IMG/VR virus record: IMGVR_UViG_3300028394_002328
Span: 62,001 to 126,000 of that record
Reading direction: 5' to 3' (one strand)
DNA: 64,000 nt
The translations under genes were made by a program, and so were the position numbers. The notes under the pieces were generated by a model that was given only the letters and a program-made list of their open reading frames with translations, was not told where the DNA came from and did not search any database. This document shows, piece after piece, positions 37,565-47,205 of this stretch. Position 1 is the stretch's first letter. Each line of letters begins with the position of its first letter.

Positions 37565-37809
37565 ACGAACGAATTAGACAACTTGCTGATGAGGCTGGAT
37601 TAAAATATCACAACTGGATCACAAATGAATCCAATATAAACGATGGTTATTTCAAGTATCCAAGATTAGAAGATTACGAAAAGTTCGCCGAGTTGATTGT
37701 TAAAGATTGTTTGGACATTGTTAATAGACACGAGTACAGTTATCATGAGGCTGATCCACTTTGGGAAACTGCTCAATTGATTAAAGAACGTTTTGGAGTT
37801 GAAGAATGA
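37561..37809 (+). CDS. MNERI-family small protein
   Basis: MNERIRQL...EKFAELIVKDC...IKERFGVEE. Confidence 0.7.
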   Translation: MNERIRQLADEAGLKYHNWITNESNINDGYFKYPRLEDYEKFAELIVKDCLDIVNRHEYSYHEADPLWETAQLIKERFGVEE

Positions 37810-38114
37810 AAACATTAGCAGAAGCTTGGGAACTTATTGATTATTTAAACGAACAAGCACACTCAGATGCTTGGGAGAGTTGGGAAGCCGCAGATGAAAT
37901 GGAAGAATCTGATGATGAGGACAGCGGCGAAACGGCTGAACAACTTAGAGAAGAAGCCAGTAATGAACAGGCTGGATACTTCCGTGACAGTTACGAGATG
38001 CTAGACGAAGAAGATCAAGCGGCAATTAAACATTGGCTCAAAGAAGATGAATCATTTAAGGATCAATTTGCTACTTGGTTTGGCTACGACTACTTTGAAG
38101 ATGAATTTGAATGA
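37806..38114 (+). CDS. Highly acidic hypothetical protein
   Basis: Asp/Glu-rich 102-aa ORF. Confidence 0.65.
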   Translation: MKTLAEAWELIDYLNEQAHSDAWESWEAADEMEESDDEDSGETAEQLREEASNEQAGYFRDSYEMLDEEDQAAIKHWLKEDESFKDQFATWFGYDYFEDEFE

Positions 38115-38393
38115 TTGTTTGCGTTAATGACAATAATTAAATCTTTTAAGGATTACGACGATGACGATCCTGAAATAGATCGTAGGAAAAATCGTTGGAA
38201 TTATTGGAACGCACTTAAAAAAATCAGAGTAGAATATCTTGATGGTAAAACAAATTTTGATGCATATGAATTTGAAGAATATATAACAACTGTGTATGGC
38301 ATTAAAATGCACCTAACCGATGGTAAAATTACTGATGGTTACGAGATAGTGGATGAAAAAAAATATGTTGTATTTTTATTAAAGTTTACTTAG
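38115..38393 (+). CDS. Hypothetical protein (C-terminus resembles the FxLRW family)
   Basis: Ends IVDEKKYVVFLLKFT. Confidence 0.6.
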   Translation: MFALMTIIKSFKDYDDDDPEIDRRKNRWNYWNALKKIRVEYLDGKTNFDAYEFEEYITTVYGIKMHLTDGKITDGYEIVDEKKYVVFLLKFT

Positions 38394-38394
38394 T

Positions 38395-39084
38395 ATGAAT
38401 GAATTAATAGATGGAAGTGGCTATGTATTAACTAAGAATTTTATTCCTGAACAATTAATTGACAATGTGGTTAATCGTTTAGATGAAATTTCACCAGTCC
38501 GTGCATCTAGTTCCACAATGGAATATGCTGAAAAAGAAGATATAAAAAACTTACCTGATATAGCGGTATGGTGGTCACAAACTGTTATTAATTGGCTAGA
38601 AGTTTTAGAAATAGAAAAATTATTAAATCCATTAATTAAAAATTACTTACCTAATGCTGAATTTTATTCTAGTGATATTGTAGTAATTGAAAAAGAAAGT
38701 ACTTGGCTAAACCCACATGTGGACACTCCCCACAGATTTAAAAAATATAATTACGATAAAAGACTATTAGGTATACAGTGTATTATTTCACTAAGTGATA
38801 TCAATAAAGATTCTGCTAGCACTGGATTAGTCCCTCAAAGTCAACTAAAGGATTATAATATTAATTTGTGCTACGAGGGTTTATATAATGATTTCTTCTT
38901 AGAACATTGTATTCAACCTGATATGCCCAAAGGATCTATTCTATTTTATAATTGTAGGGTACTACATAGTAGTATGCCTAATCCATTGCCCAAATCAAGA
39001 CCGGCACTATTGCTTCATTACCTAAATGGTGATATAGTTGAAGATGTAAAAGATATTGACAATATTTGGAAAAGCAATAAATGA
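38395..39084 (+). CDS. Fe(II)/2-oxoglutarate dioxygenase (PhyH-like)
   Basis: PHVD (HxD), KGSILFYNCRVLHSS (distal His), SRPALL (Arg). Confidence 0.8.
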   Translation: MNELIDGSGYVLTKNFIPEQLIDNVVNRLDEISPVRASSSTMEYAEKEDIKNLPDIAVWWSQTVINWLEVLEIEKLLNPLIKNYLPNAEFYSSDIVVIEKESTWLNPHVDTPHRFKKYNYDKRLLGIQCIISLSDINKDSASTGLVPQSQLKDYNINLCYEGLYNDFFLEHCIQPDMPKGSILFYNCRVLHSSMPNPLPKSRPALLLHYLNGDIVEDVKDIDNIWKSNK

Positions 39085-39701
39085 AAATTGAATCAGATGT
39101 TGATATTGATTTTGGAGACAGAGAAAAGATTCTTCAACATATCAATTACATTCCAGCAGCAATGCGTAAAGTTAAACCACAGCGTAAACATGCTACGGGT
39201 ATACATATCACACAGATTCCATATGACCCTGTTAATGACATGGCTGCTATTGATTATTCAGATGCGGAACAGCGTGGATACTTTAAATTAGATTTACTAA
39301 ATGTCCATGTATATAATCAAGTTAGAGATGAATTACATTTAGTTGAATTAATGCGTGATCCAAATTGGGATAATTTGAAAGATAAAGAGTTTGTAGAGAA
39401 ATTGATTCATCTAGGAAATCATTATCAATCACTACAAAAAATGCCTGAGCCTGTTAATAGTATCCCTAGGCTAGCAATGTTCTTAGCACTAATTCGTCCT
39501 GCTAAAAAACATTTAATTGGTAAGACTTGGAGAGAAGTAAGTAAAACTATATGGGATAAGGGTGATGATGGTTATGTATTCAAGCGTTCGCATTCTTGTG
39601 CCTACGCAATGTTAGTTGTGGTTCATATGAACTTGCTAGAAGAATCAAGGCATTCTTTTTACAAGAGTGATGCTTCTTCGTTTGCTTCTTCGTTTGTGTA
39701 A
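39081..39701 (+). CDS. Miniature DnaE/PolIII-alpha-like nucleotidyltransferase
   Basis: SDVDIDF, KHATG, GYFKLDLLNV, ALIRPA and GYVFKRSHSCAYA match the DnaE motifs in order within only 206 aa. Confidence 0.8.
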   Translation: MKIESDVDIDFGDREKILQHINYIPAAMRKVKPQRKHATGIHITQIPYDPVNDMAAIDYSDAEQRGYFKLDLLNVHVYNQVRDELHLVELMRDPNWDNLKDKEFVEKLIHLGNHYQSLQKMPEPVNSIPRLAMFLALIRPAKKHLIGKTWREVSKTIWDKGDDGYVFKRSHSCAYAMLVVVHMNLLEESRHSFYKSDASSFASSFV

Positions 39702-40025
39702 TTCGTTCATACTACATACTGGACCATGTAATATTACTAAACTTTTATTTGTAAAAGTTCTTAGATAAGGTTTAAAAGGAAGCCATTCTTCCTTTAAGAA
39801 TAAATTAATGGGAATCAATCTATTTGATTCCCACCACCACGTATCCCCTAATTCTAAAAATCTAGTTCTAGAATTACTATCTATTATTGATCCATAATCA
39901 TATATAGTAGTAACACTGTCATCTTTATTCTGAACTATTCCTACATAATCCTGACTGGCATAGGAACATACCGTTATAAACGGATGTGTTTCACTAAGCT
40001 TTTTAAAAAATTCATTTTGAATCAT
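39645..40025 (-). CDS. Hypothetical protein (convergent, overlaps mini-DnaE 3' end)
   Basis: 126-aa ORF with natural composition; WWWESNR..PI..F; basic C-terminus. Confidence 0.7.
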   Translation of the reverse strand: MIQNEFFKKLSETHPFITVCSYASQDYVGIVQNKDDSVTTIYDYGSIIDSNSRTRFLELGDTWWWESNRLIPINLFLKEEWLPFKPYLRTFTNKSLVILHGPVCSMNELHKRRSKRRSITLVKRMP

Positions 40026-40115
40026 TATTATTTTTACAATACATTCTATTTAATCGGGCAACCAAGAAGATAATAATTTAATATTTTGAGACTAAATACA
40101 TAAAGGAGCTAAACT

Positions 40116-40895
40116 GTGTACTCAACTGCTGTATTTCTTTATACTCAGCGTCAAATTGTTGTACTTTTAACTGGCACATCACCGAGGAGATATATGCCTG
40201 TATACGCAAAACCATTAACTTTAAATAAGGGTGTGGATAATCAAATACAATTTCAATTCTTAAATCAAGAACAAAAACCAGTAGATATTACAGGTAAAGA
40301 AATTTCCTGTAGAGTTATTAGTTATGATGGTAGTGAAGTATTACTTAGAAAAGCATTGACACTTCAATTACCGGCTACGGGTATTGCCGCACTAATATTA
40401 AATGCTGCGGAAATAGAAGATATTCCTGCTCAACAAGGACATTATTCATTAGAAATACCGGTTGGTGCTTTTAATTTCCCTGTGTTTGTTGATCAAAATG
40501 CTGGTGCTCGCGGTGATATGAATATCGTCAACAGCGTGTTACCAGCCTTTGTACCAAGTTCAAATATCACTATTCCTACAGGACAACCTTTCCCTAATAT
40601 TGATTCTAACAATAGTATACAAAATGCGTTACCAAACGCTAATACATATTATAGTAGCGTAATCAATACAGATTCTAACCCAATACTTACTATTCAGACT
40701 CACTACTATCAATTCAACGGTGATGTTACTATAGAAGGTTCTACTATTGTAGATGCTGATTGGTATCCTATAACTACTTCAACTTATAGTAATGTAACTG
40801 ACACTTTTGGATATACTGTTCGTGGATTCCATCCATATATCCGTATGCAATTCGTCAGCAACACTGGTGCGGTAACTAACATATTGGCAAGGTAA
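40116..40895 (+). CDS. Probable virion structural protein
   Basis: AAGGAG RBS, CTAAATA late-like motif, beta-rich Asn/Thr/Ser composition. Confidence 0.5.
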   Translation: MYSTAVFLYTQRQIVVLLTGTSPRRYMPVYAKPLTLNKGVDNQIQFQFLNQEQKPVDITGKEISCRVISYDGSEVLLRKALTLQLPATGIAALILNAAEIEDIPAQQGHYSLEIPVGAFNFPVFVDQNAGARGDMNIVNSVLPAFVPSSNITIPTGQPFPNIDSNNSIQNALPNANTYYSSVINTDSNPILTIQTHYYQFNGDVTIEGSTIVDADWYPITTSTYSNVTDTFGYTVRGFHPYIRMQFVSNTGAVTNILAR

Positions 40896-40903
40896 ACCTG
40901 CTC

Positions 40904-40932
40904 TTGTATTTTACTTCATATTATGCTATAAT
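40904..40932 (+). promoter_or_regulatory. sigma70-type promoter ending 6 nt before the primase ATG
   Basis: TTGTAT-17-TATAAT with extended TG. Confidence 0.7.
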
Positions 40933-40938
40933 CATAAT

Positions 40939-41910
40939 ATGTTTGAAATATTAACTATAGTTCCGGGTAAGAAAAAACTAACACAAAGTGGTTGGCATGG
41001 ATTCAATGCTGTGTGTTGTCATCACCGTGGGCATAAAGCAGATAAAAGAGGTCGTGCTGGTCTACGAATCGATGGCCCAAACTGGAGTGTCCATTGTTTT
41101 AATTGTGGTTTTAAGTGTGGATTCACTCTGGGTAAAAGTATTACCCAAAATGCAAAACATTTCTTACAATGGTGTGGTATAGATGAATCTCAGATACAGC
41201 GTTGGAGCTTAGAAAGTCTACAGAAAAAAGATATATTAGATTTAATACAGGTTAAAAAATCTAAGAAAAAAATTAAATTTAAAGAAGAAACTTTACCTGA
41301 GGGCGAATTACTTGATGTAAATAATCCATTACATAAAGTATATGTTGATTATATACAATCTAGGGGGATAAATCTTAATGACTATCCGTTTATGATCACT
41401 CCAAATGACAAGGGGCGTCAAGGCAATAGAATAATTATCCCTTATACCTACCAAAACAAAATAGTAGGTTACACTAGTCGTTTCTTAGACAACAAAACAC
41501 CTAAGTATATCAATCAACAACAATCGGGTTATGTATTTGGTATTGATTTTCAAAAGCCTGATTATGAAGTTTGTATATTGGTAGAAGGTATTTTTGACGC
41601 ACTAAGTCTTAATTGTTGTGCGTTGACACATAACACAATCAATGATGATCAGGTAGAACTATTAAGCCAATTAAATAGACGAATTATTTTTGTGCCGGAT
41701 CGTGATAAAACTGGATTAGAAACTTGTAGCAGAGCATTAGAGTTAGGATATAGTGTTAGTATTCCGAATTGGGAATCTGATGTAAAAGATGTTAATGATG
41801 CTGTAGTAAGATATGGTAAGTTACCTACATTGTTAAGTATTTTACAGTGGGCAACTACAAGTAAAGTCAAAATAGAAATTCAAAGGAGAAAACTTGAGCA
41901 ACGAATATAA
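40939..41910 (+). CDS. DNA primase (T4 gp61-like)
   Basis: Zn finger CCH...HCFNCG, Toprim VEGIFDAL, PDRD and KDVND. Confidence 0.9.
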   Translation: MFEILTIVPGKKKLTQSGWHGFNAVCCHHRGHKADKRGRAGLRIDGPNWSVHCFNCGFKCGFTLGKSITQNAKHFLQWCGIDESQIQRWSLESLQKKDILDLIQVKKSKKKIKFKEETLPEGELLDVNNPLHKVYVDYIQSRGINLNDYPFMITPNDKGRQGNRIIIPYTYQNKIVGYTSRFLDNKTPKYINQQQSGYVFGIDFQKPDYEVCILVEGIFDALSLNCCALTHNTINDDQVELLSQLNRRIIFVPDRDKTGLETCSRALELGYSVSIPNWESDVKDVNDAVVRYGKLPTLLSILQWATTSKVKIEIQRRKLEQRI

Positions 41911-43297
41911 TAGTGATATGCAGTTATTCTTTTTGCGTATGATGGTCACAAACGCAGAATTATATACAAGGGTCATGAACATCATGAACTCACAAAACTT
42001 TGACCGTAAATTAAAACCAGTAGCAGACTTTTTAGTAGAACATAGTAAAAAATATAATATAATGCCGGATCCTGCTCAAATCAAAGCAGTGACAGGTATA
42101 GATGTAGAGATTCTTAATGAATTAGATGATGGTCATTATAATTGGTTTTTAGATGAATTTGAAAAATTCACAAGACGCCAAGAATTAGAAAGAGCAATTT
42201 TAAAATCAGCCGATTTATTAGAAAAGGGTGATTATGATCCTGTTGAAAAATTAATTAAAGATGCTGTACAAATTAGTTTACAAAAAGACATGGGTACAGA
42301 TTATTTTGCTGATCCTAGGGCTAGGCTTTCTCAACTTAAAAGTAATAACGGACAAAATAGTACAGGATGGCCCTGTATGGATCAGAAACTTTATGGTGGA
42401 TTCAATCGGGGAGAATTGCAAATTTTTGCAGGAGGATCAGGCTCAGGTAAAAGTTTGTTTATGCAAAACTTGTCAGTAAATTGGGTACAAGCAGGATTAA
42501 ATGGTATTTATGTTACACTAGAACTTAGTGAAGGGCTGTGTAGTATGCGTATTGATAGTATGATGACTGATACTAGCAGCCGTGATATCTTTAAAGATAT
42601 TGATAATGTTGAAATGAAAATCAAAATGCTTGCTAAAAAAGCAGGAAAGTTTCAAATTAAATATATGCCAGCACAAAGTACAGTAAATGATTTGCGGGCG
42701 TTTTGTAAAGAATTTCAAATAAAAACAGGTACAAAATTAGATTTCTTGTGTGTAGATTATTTGGATTTGCTTATGCCTGTTAGTGCAAAGGTCAGTCCTT
42801 CAGATTTGTTTGTTAAGGATAAGTATGTCTCTGAAGAATTGCGTAACTTAGCAAAAGAATTAAATGTATTGTTCGTAACAGCAAGTCAGTTGAATCGTAG
42901 TGCAGTTGAAGAAATTGAGTTTGATCATAGTCATATCAGCGGTGGTATTAGTAAAATTAATACAGCAGATAATGTGTTTGGTATCTTTACAAGCCGTAGT
43001 ATGCGTGAACGTGGACAGTATCAATTGCAATTAATGAAAACTAGAAGTAGTAGTGGTGTGGGTCAAAAGATTGAATTAGAGTTTAACATTGAAACTTTGC
43101 GAATTACTGATCCTGATCCTGAGGCTAGTACATATAGACCACCTGCTCCTAGTCCTAATGACATTATTAATAAAATTAAAACTCAATCTACTGTAAATGA
43201 CATGGTACATGCTACTATTGAGCCTGAAAGTAAAAGAGTTATTGCAACTACTGCGGAATCTAGACTAAAGGGTATTCTTAACGGGTTAAAGAAATAA
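41894..43297 (+). CDS. DnaB-like replicative helicase (T4 gp41-like)
   Basis: GGSGSGKS, LELSE, CVDYLDL, TASQLNR, MKTR. Confidence 0.93.
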   Translation: MSNEYNSDMQLFFLRMMVTNAELYTRVMNIMNSQNFDRKLKPVADFLVEHSKKYNIMPDPAQIKAVTGIDVEILNELDDGHYNWFLDEFEKFTRRQELERAILKSADLLEKGDYDPVEKLIKDAVQISLQKDMGTDYFADPRARLSQLKSNNGQNSTGWPCMDQKLYGGFNRGELQIFAGGSGSGKSLFMQNLSVNWVQAGLNGIYVTLELSEGLCSMRIDSMMTDTSSRDIFKDIDNVEMKIKMLAKKAGKFQIKYMPAQSTVNDLRAFCKEFQIKTGTKLDFLCVDYLDLLMPVSAKVSPSDLFVKDKYVSEELRNLAKELNVLFVTASQLNRSAVEEIEFDHSHISGGISKINTADNVFGIFTSRSMRERGQYQLQLMKTRSSSGVGQKIELEFNIETLRITDPDPEASTYRPPAPSPNDIINKIKTQSTVNDMVHATIEPESKRVIATTAESRLKGILNGLKK

Positions 43298-43334
43298 TTA
43301 TCAAATCAGCATAAATACTATTAGGATATTATAT

Positions 43335-43583
43335 ATGCAAAAGAAAACCCGTAGCCTTTTAGAAGAATTAGAATCTATTGGTAGTACCCGTGACATGACA
43401 CATGTTATAGAAAATAGAGCCCATAATATTATCACTAGTGCAATTAATTTAATTGAATTAATTAACAAACACTATGATAAAGATACCTCTGAGGTATTAG
43501 AGCGTAAACTTCTAAGTGCGATAAAAGGCAAGGATCAAAATAGATTTGCTAAAAGCATAAGGAAAAACCATGACACGCCGTAG
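43335..43583 (+). CDS. Hypothetical late protein
   Basis: CATAAATA upstream. Confidence 0.6.
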   Translation: MQKKTRSLLEELESIGSTRDMTHVIENRAHNIITSAINLIELINKHYDKDTSEVLERKLLSAIKGKDQNRFAKSIRKNHDTP

Positions 43584-44568
43584 AATTGATGATGAGGTTC
43601 GCAGTTTAGAAGAAGCATTAAGTAATTGGATAGGTGATTACGGTGCGGCTGCTGCAAAGCAGTTGGGAAATAGAATAACCGGCAAACCTGAAGGTGCAAT
43701 GTCCATTCAAGATAAAATGGCTAAAGAAAAGTTTCTTCAAAACTTTTTAGGTCGTGCAAGTGCTACATTGAATTCAGGTATTGCTAGTGGTAGAATAACA
43801 ACGAATGTAACACCGCAGTCTGCTCCACCAGCTGCACAGCCTGCAGAACCTACTTCACCTGCACCTGCACCAGCAGCACCAGCAGCATCTAAACCTTCTA
43901 TTGCCCCTACTACAGCTCCTCCAAGTAGACCTACCATTGGCAATACTCCAATACATGCAATGCAAGTAAAGTCTATGCAGAACAATATAGCTAGGGATAA
44001 ACGGGTGGCTAACATGCCTCCACCAAACAAAAAGACTTTTGCAGCAGACAAAAGGACACCCGCACAGATTGCACAAATGCGCCGAGCAGGGTTTAGTGAA
44101 AGTTCTACTTATGATAAATTAAACGCAATTTTTGAAAGCATTATGGGTGAGGCTGATCCAGCAGCACCTGCAGCACCTGCTGCCATGACAGCAGCACCTG
44201 CACCAACTGGAGTAGAAACTATATCTCAATTTTTGACTAAATGGGTCAAACAATATATGACTGGCACTAGCCTTGGTGATGCCAATTCTGTGAATCATAT
44301 TAAAAGTTTAATTAAAAATGTAGAAGATACTTATAGTAAAGACAGGGGTAAAGCAGCACTTACAAAATTAGCAAATGATTTGTATGCTGTGTCATATGCA
44401 CAGGATACAGAGCAAAAAGCTGCACCAAGCCAACCTACTCAGCAACCCGCTAGTAGTCCTGCAGCAGCAAAACCAGCAGCACCGGCTAATAATGCTCCAA
44501 GTGATTCATGGGCATCACGAGTAACAGAAAGTAAAAAGAAACCAGTAAAATACTGGGGTCAAAAATGA
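43570..44568 (+). CDS. Pro/Ala-rich probable virion protein
   Basis: PAAPA low-complexity linkers; LEE/FSE/FES potential prohead-protease sites. Confidence 0.55.
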   Translation: MTRRRIDDEVRSLEEALSNWIGDYGAAAAKQLGNRITGKPEGAMSIQDKMAKEKFLQNFLGRASATLNSGIASGRITTNVTPQSAPPAAQPAEPTSPAPAPAAPAASKPSIAPTTAPPSRPTIGNTPIHAMQVKSMQNNIARDKRVANMPPPNKKTFAADKRTPAQIAQMRRAGFSESSTYDKLNAIFESIMGEADPAAPAAPAAMTAAPAPTGVETISQFLTKWVKQYMTGTSLGDANSVNHIKSLIKNVEDTYSKDRGKAALTKLANDLYAVSYAQDTEQKAAPSQPTQQPASSPAAAKPAAPANNAPSDSWASRVTESKKKPVKYWGQK

Positions 44569-45725
44569 ATCTTTCCGAGTCTTTAGCCTCTCTTAGAAAT
44601 AAGTTAGAGACTTTATCTATACCTCCGTTGACAGAAGATAAAGGGCACTTGGACCATCCTGAAGATTTGATATTTTTGGGAGATGTTCAGGGTGCTCAAA
44701 GAGCAGTAGATGCAATCGTAAAAACAGTTTCAAATCCAAAAACTGTTACTATTAAGTGGGATGGGTACCCTGCGCTTATATTTGGCCGTGATTCTAAAGG
44801 TAGATTTAGCATCATGGACAAGCATATGTTTAATAAAAAAGACGGTACAGGCAGACAAGTTTATAGTCCTCAACAATTCAGAGAATATGATTTAGCCCGT
44901 GAAGTAGATCGTTCTGATTTGCATAAACTAATAGCTGAAATATGGCCCGGTTTAGAAAAGGCAAGCGCAGGTACCCAAGGATATTATTGGGGAGATTTAC
45001 TATTCAGCCAACCATTAACAGATAACAATGGTTTGTATAAATTTAAAGCCAATCCTAATGGTATAACATATACCGTGGATGTTGATAGTGAAACTGGTAA
45101 ATTAATGGCAGGCAAAACTGCTGGCATTGCAGTACATCAGTATATAGAACCTGAAGCACCTAACACTGATTCTGCTGTACCACTAGACGGGACAATAGGA
45201 CAACTTAAGAACAACAGCAATGTTGCTATCATTCCTAGTAAGATGCCTGTCACTCCTAACTTAAAGTTGGATCAAAAATTATTAGCAAAAGCCAAACAAG
45301 ATATAGCAAAATATGGTCAAGCAGTTCAACAGTTAATGAATACTGCCCCTCAGGCTAGAAATACATTTAATCAGTTGTTTACAGTTTATGTTAATAAACG
45401 AATCGTTCAAGGAGATTTAAGTAATTTACTAGAAGGATTTATGGAATTTGTTAAATCTAGACCAATGACTGATAAGATGCGGGCTAAGATAGATGAACAT
45501 CTACAAGCCAACGAAGAAGGCTTAATTGGGGCATTTACTATATGGATAGACATATACAATCTTAAGATGAATGTAGTTCAGCAACTAAACAAAGCCGCTG
45601 AAGCCAGTCCTGTAAAAGGATACCTGCAAGATGGTACACAAACCCAAGAAGGATTCGTTTCTAATGGGCTTAAGTTTGTGGATAGAATGGGCTTTAGTAG
45701 ACAGAATTTGGCTGGAAGAGCATAG
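44565..45725 (+). CDS. ATP-dependent ligase-superfamily nucleotidyltransferase (RNA-ligase-like, DUF6267-like)
   Basis: Motif I TIKWDGYPALIFG, WGDLLF, motif IV/V QEGFV...LKFVDR. Confidence 0.65.
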   Translation: MNLSESLASLRNKLETLSIPPLTEDKGHLDHPEDLIFLGDVQGAQRAVDAIVKTVSNPKTVTIKWDGYPALIFGRDSKGRFSIMDKHMFNKKDGTGRQVYSPQQFREYDLAREVDRSDLHKLIAEIWPGLEKASAGTQGYYWGDLLFSQPLTDNNGLYKFKANPNGITYTVDVDSETGKLMAGKTAGIAVHQYIEPEAPNTDSAVPLDGTIGQLKNNSNVAIIPSKMPVTPNLKLDQKLLAKAKQDIAKYGQAVQQLMNTAPQARNTFNQLFTVYVNKRIVQGDLSNLLEGFMEFVKSRPMTDKMRAKIDEHLQANEEGLIGAFTIWIDIYNLKMNVVQQLNKAAEASPVKGYLQDGTQTQEGFVSNGLKFVDRMGFSRQNLAGRA

Positions 45726-45803
45726 TCAAAACCGATATTTTTTGTAACTGGCATAAATAATTGTATGGGACAGTAGGTCTCAACAAATATAAGGAATTTT
45801 AAA

Positions 45804-46214
45804 ATGGCACAATTCACCCGTACACATGGTGACTATCAACCAGTAATGAACTTTGACGCACCTGCGTATACCGTTGGTGCAGTTAATGCAGTAACAGCTA
45901 ACGTAACAGTTCAGCCACAAGGTCCAAAGTTAGATTATTTCACAGTTTTGGCAGCTAGTGGTACATCATTCAGCACAACTCAAGTTAACCTCATTGTACA
46001 AACAGTTCAGCAATTAGCTACTGTTTATATCTATGAGTACAACGATGCAAGCACAAACACATTGGCTTTCGCAGTGTACCCAACAGGTGCATGGGCAATC
46101 GACAATTCATTAGGTGCTAACGCTAATATCGTTGCTGCTGTTAACGCAGCATTGACACAAGCCTCAGTTGCTAATACTACAACTGGTAGTGCATCAGCTA
46201 CATTCAGTAACTAA
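45804..46214 (+). CDS. Probable abundant virion (head decoration-like) protein
   Basis: Late motif at about 45753, AAGGA RBS, Ala/Thr/Asn-rich with optimised codons, followed by a terminator. Confidence 0.45.
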   Translation: MAQFTRTHGDYQPVMNFDAPAYTVGAVNAVTANVTVQPQGPKLDYFTVLAASGTSFSTTQVNLIVQTVQQLATVYIYEYNDASTNTLAFAVYPTGAWAIDNSLGANANIVAAVNAALTQASVANTTTGSASATFSN

Positions 46215-46232
46215 TTTTAGTTTCAATGTATC

Positions 46233-46262
46233 AAAAACCCGAGATTTATTCTCGGGTTTTTT
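46233..46262 (+). terminator. Rho-independent terminator
   Basis: AAAAACCCGAGA-TTTAT-TCTCGGGTTTTT. Confidence 0.8.
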
Positions 46263-46280
46263 ACCATTATAAATATGTGT

Positions 46281-46736
46281 ATGAGTTATAGAATTTCTTG
46301 TTACACAATGTTTGATATTACACATACTGGAGTATTAAACCGATCTAGACCTAATGAAGGTCAAGATTTGAATGAGTGGGTTCAAAAAAGAAATACTCAG
46401 TGCAATTTTGATACAGTATTACAAGTCATATCACTAAGGTCACAGCCTGAGATAATTAACATGCCTTCTAAGATAGAAATTAGGTTTGATAATTTTGAGA
46501 ATTTTGGGTTTTTATTTGAACAGATAGAAAACGAATTATATCCATGTTGGACATTTGACTTTGATGTACAGCACCCAAGTGTGTTTGATGATGGTGTAAC
46601 AGAATTGGGCGCATTATACGGAGATTGCGATGGTGTTCCTATGATATTATGCGGAACAGAATGGAACAAACTTCCATCTTTTTTAGACGCTTCTCCTGAA
46701 TTAAAAAACATATATTTTACAGTACATCATGGATGA
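46281..46736 (+). CDS. Hypothetical late protein
   Basis: TATAAATA 5 nt before ATG 46281. Confidence 0.65.
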   Translation: MSYRISCYTMFDITHTGVLNRSRPNEGQDLNEWVQKRNTQCNFDTVLQVISLRSQPEIINMPSKIEIRFDNFENFGFLFEQIENELYPCWTFDFDVQHPSVFDDGVTELGALYGDCDGVPMILCGTEWNKLPSFLDASPELKNIYFTVHHG

Positions 46737-47205
46737 CAAAAAGGCTATAGCCAAATTAAATGATTTCTTTTCTAAAGAATTTTTACACGGATCAGGTGGC
46801 ATTTCTATTTTTAGAAATGATGACGGTTCGTATCAGGTCTTTAACACCTATACATTGTATAACCATCAACATGGTTGCGTAGTTAATAGTAAAACCAATG
46901 ACGATTCTTTGGTATTTTCTTCAGCGAAACATGCTATGACTTGGTGCATATTTGAAAAAAGAAATAAAATTCAGACGGCTGACAGAATTGCTCACTTAGA
47001 CCGTATGATAACTGGTATAGATGTATCAATTGAAATGCATAGGAAATTGATAAAAAAGACTAAAGATTTGAATTCAAAAATAATTTATTTGGCTAAATTA
47101 ACAGAAGAACAAGAAAAAAGAAAACTTATGATAAAAGAATTTGATAGGTATGTTAATGATTCTAAAATTTGGCAAATACGGCAATTTGCTGAAAGAACAA
47201 AATAA
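46729..47205 (+). CDS. Hypothetical protein
   Basis: 158-aa ORF with coiled-coil C-terminus. Confidence 0.65.
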   Translation: MDDKKAIAKLNDFFSKEFLHGSGGISIFRNDDGSYQVFNTYTLYNHQHGCVVNSKTNDDSLVFSSAKHAMTWCIFEKRNKIQTADRIAHLDRMITGIDVSIEMHRKLIKKTKDLNSKIIYLAKLTEEQEKRKLMIKEFDRYVNDSKIWQIRQFAERTK

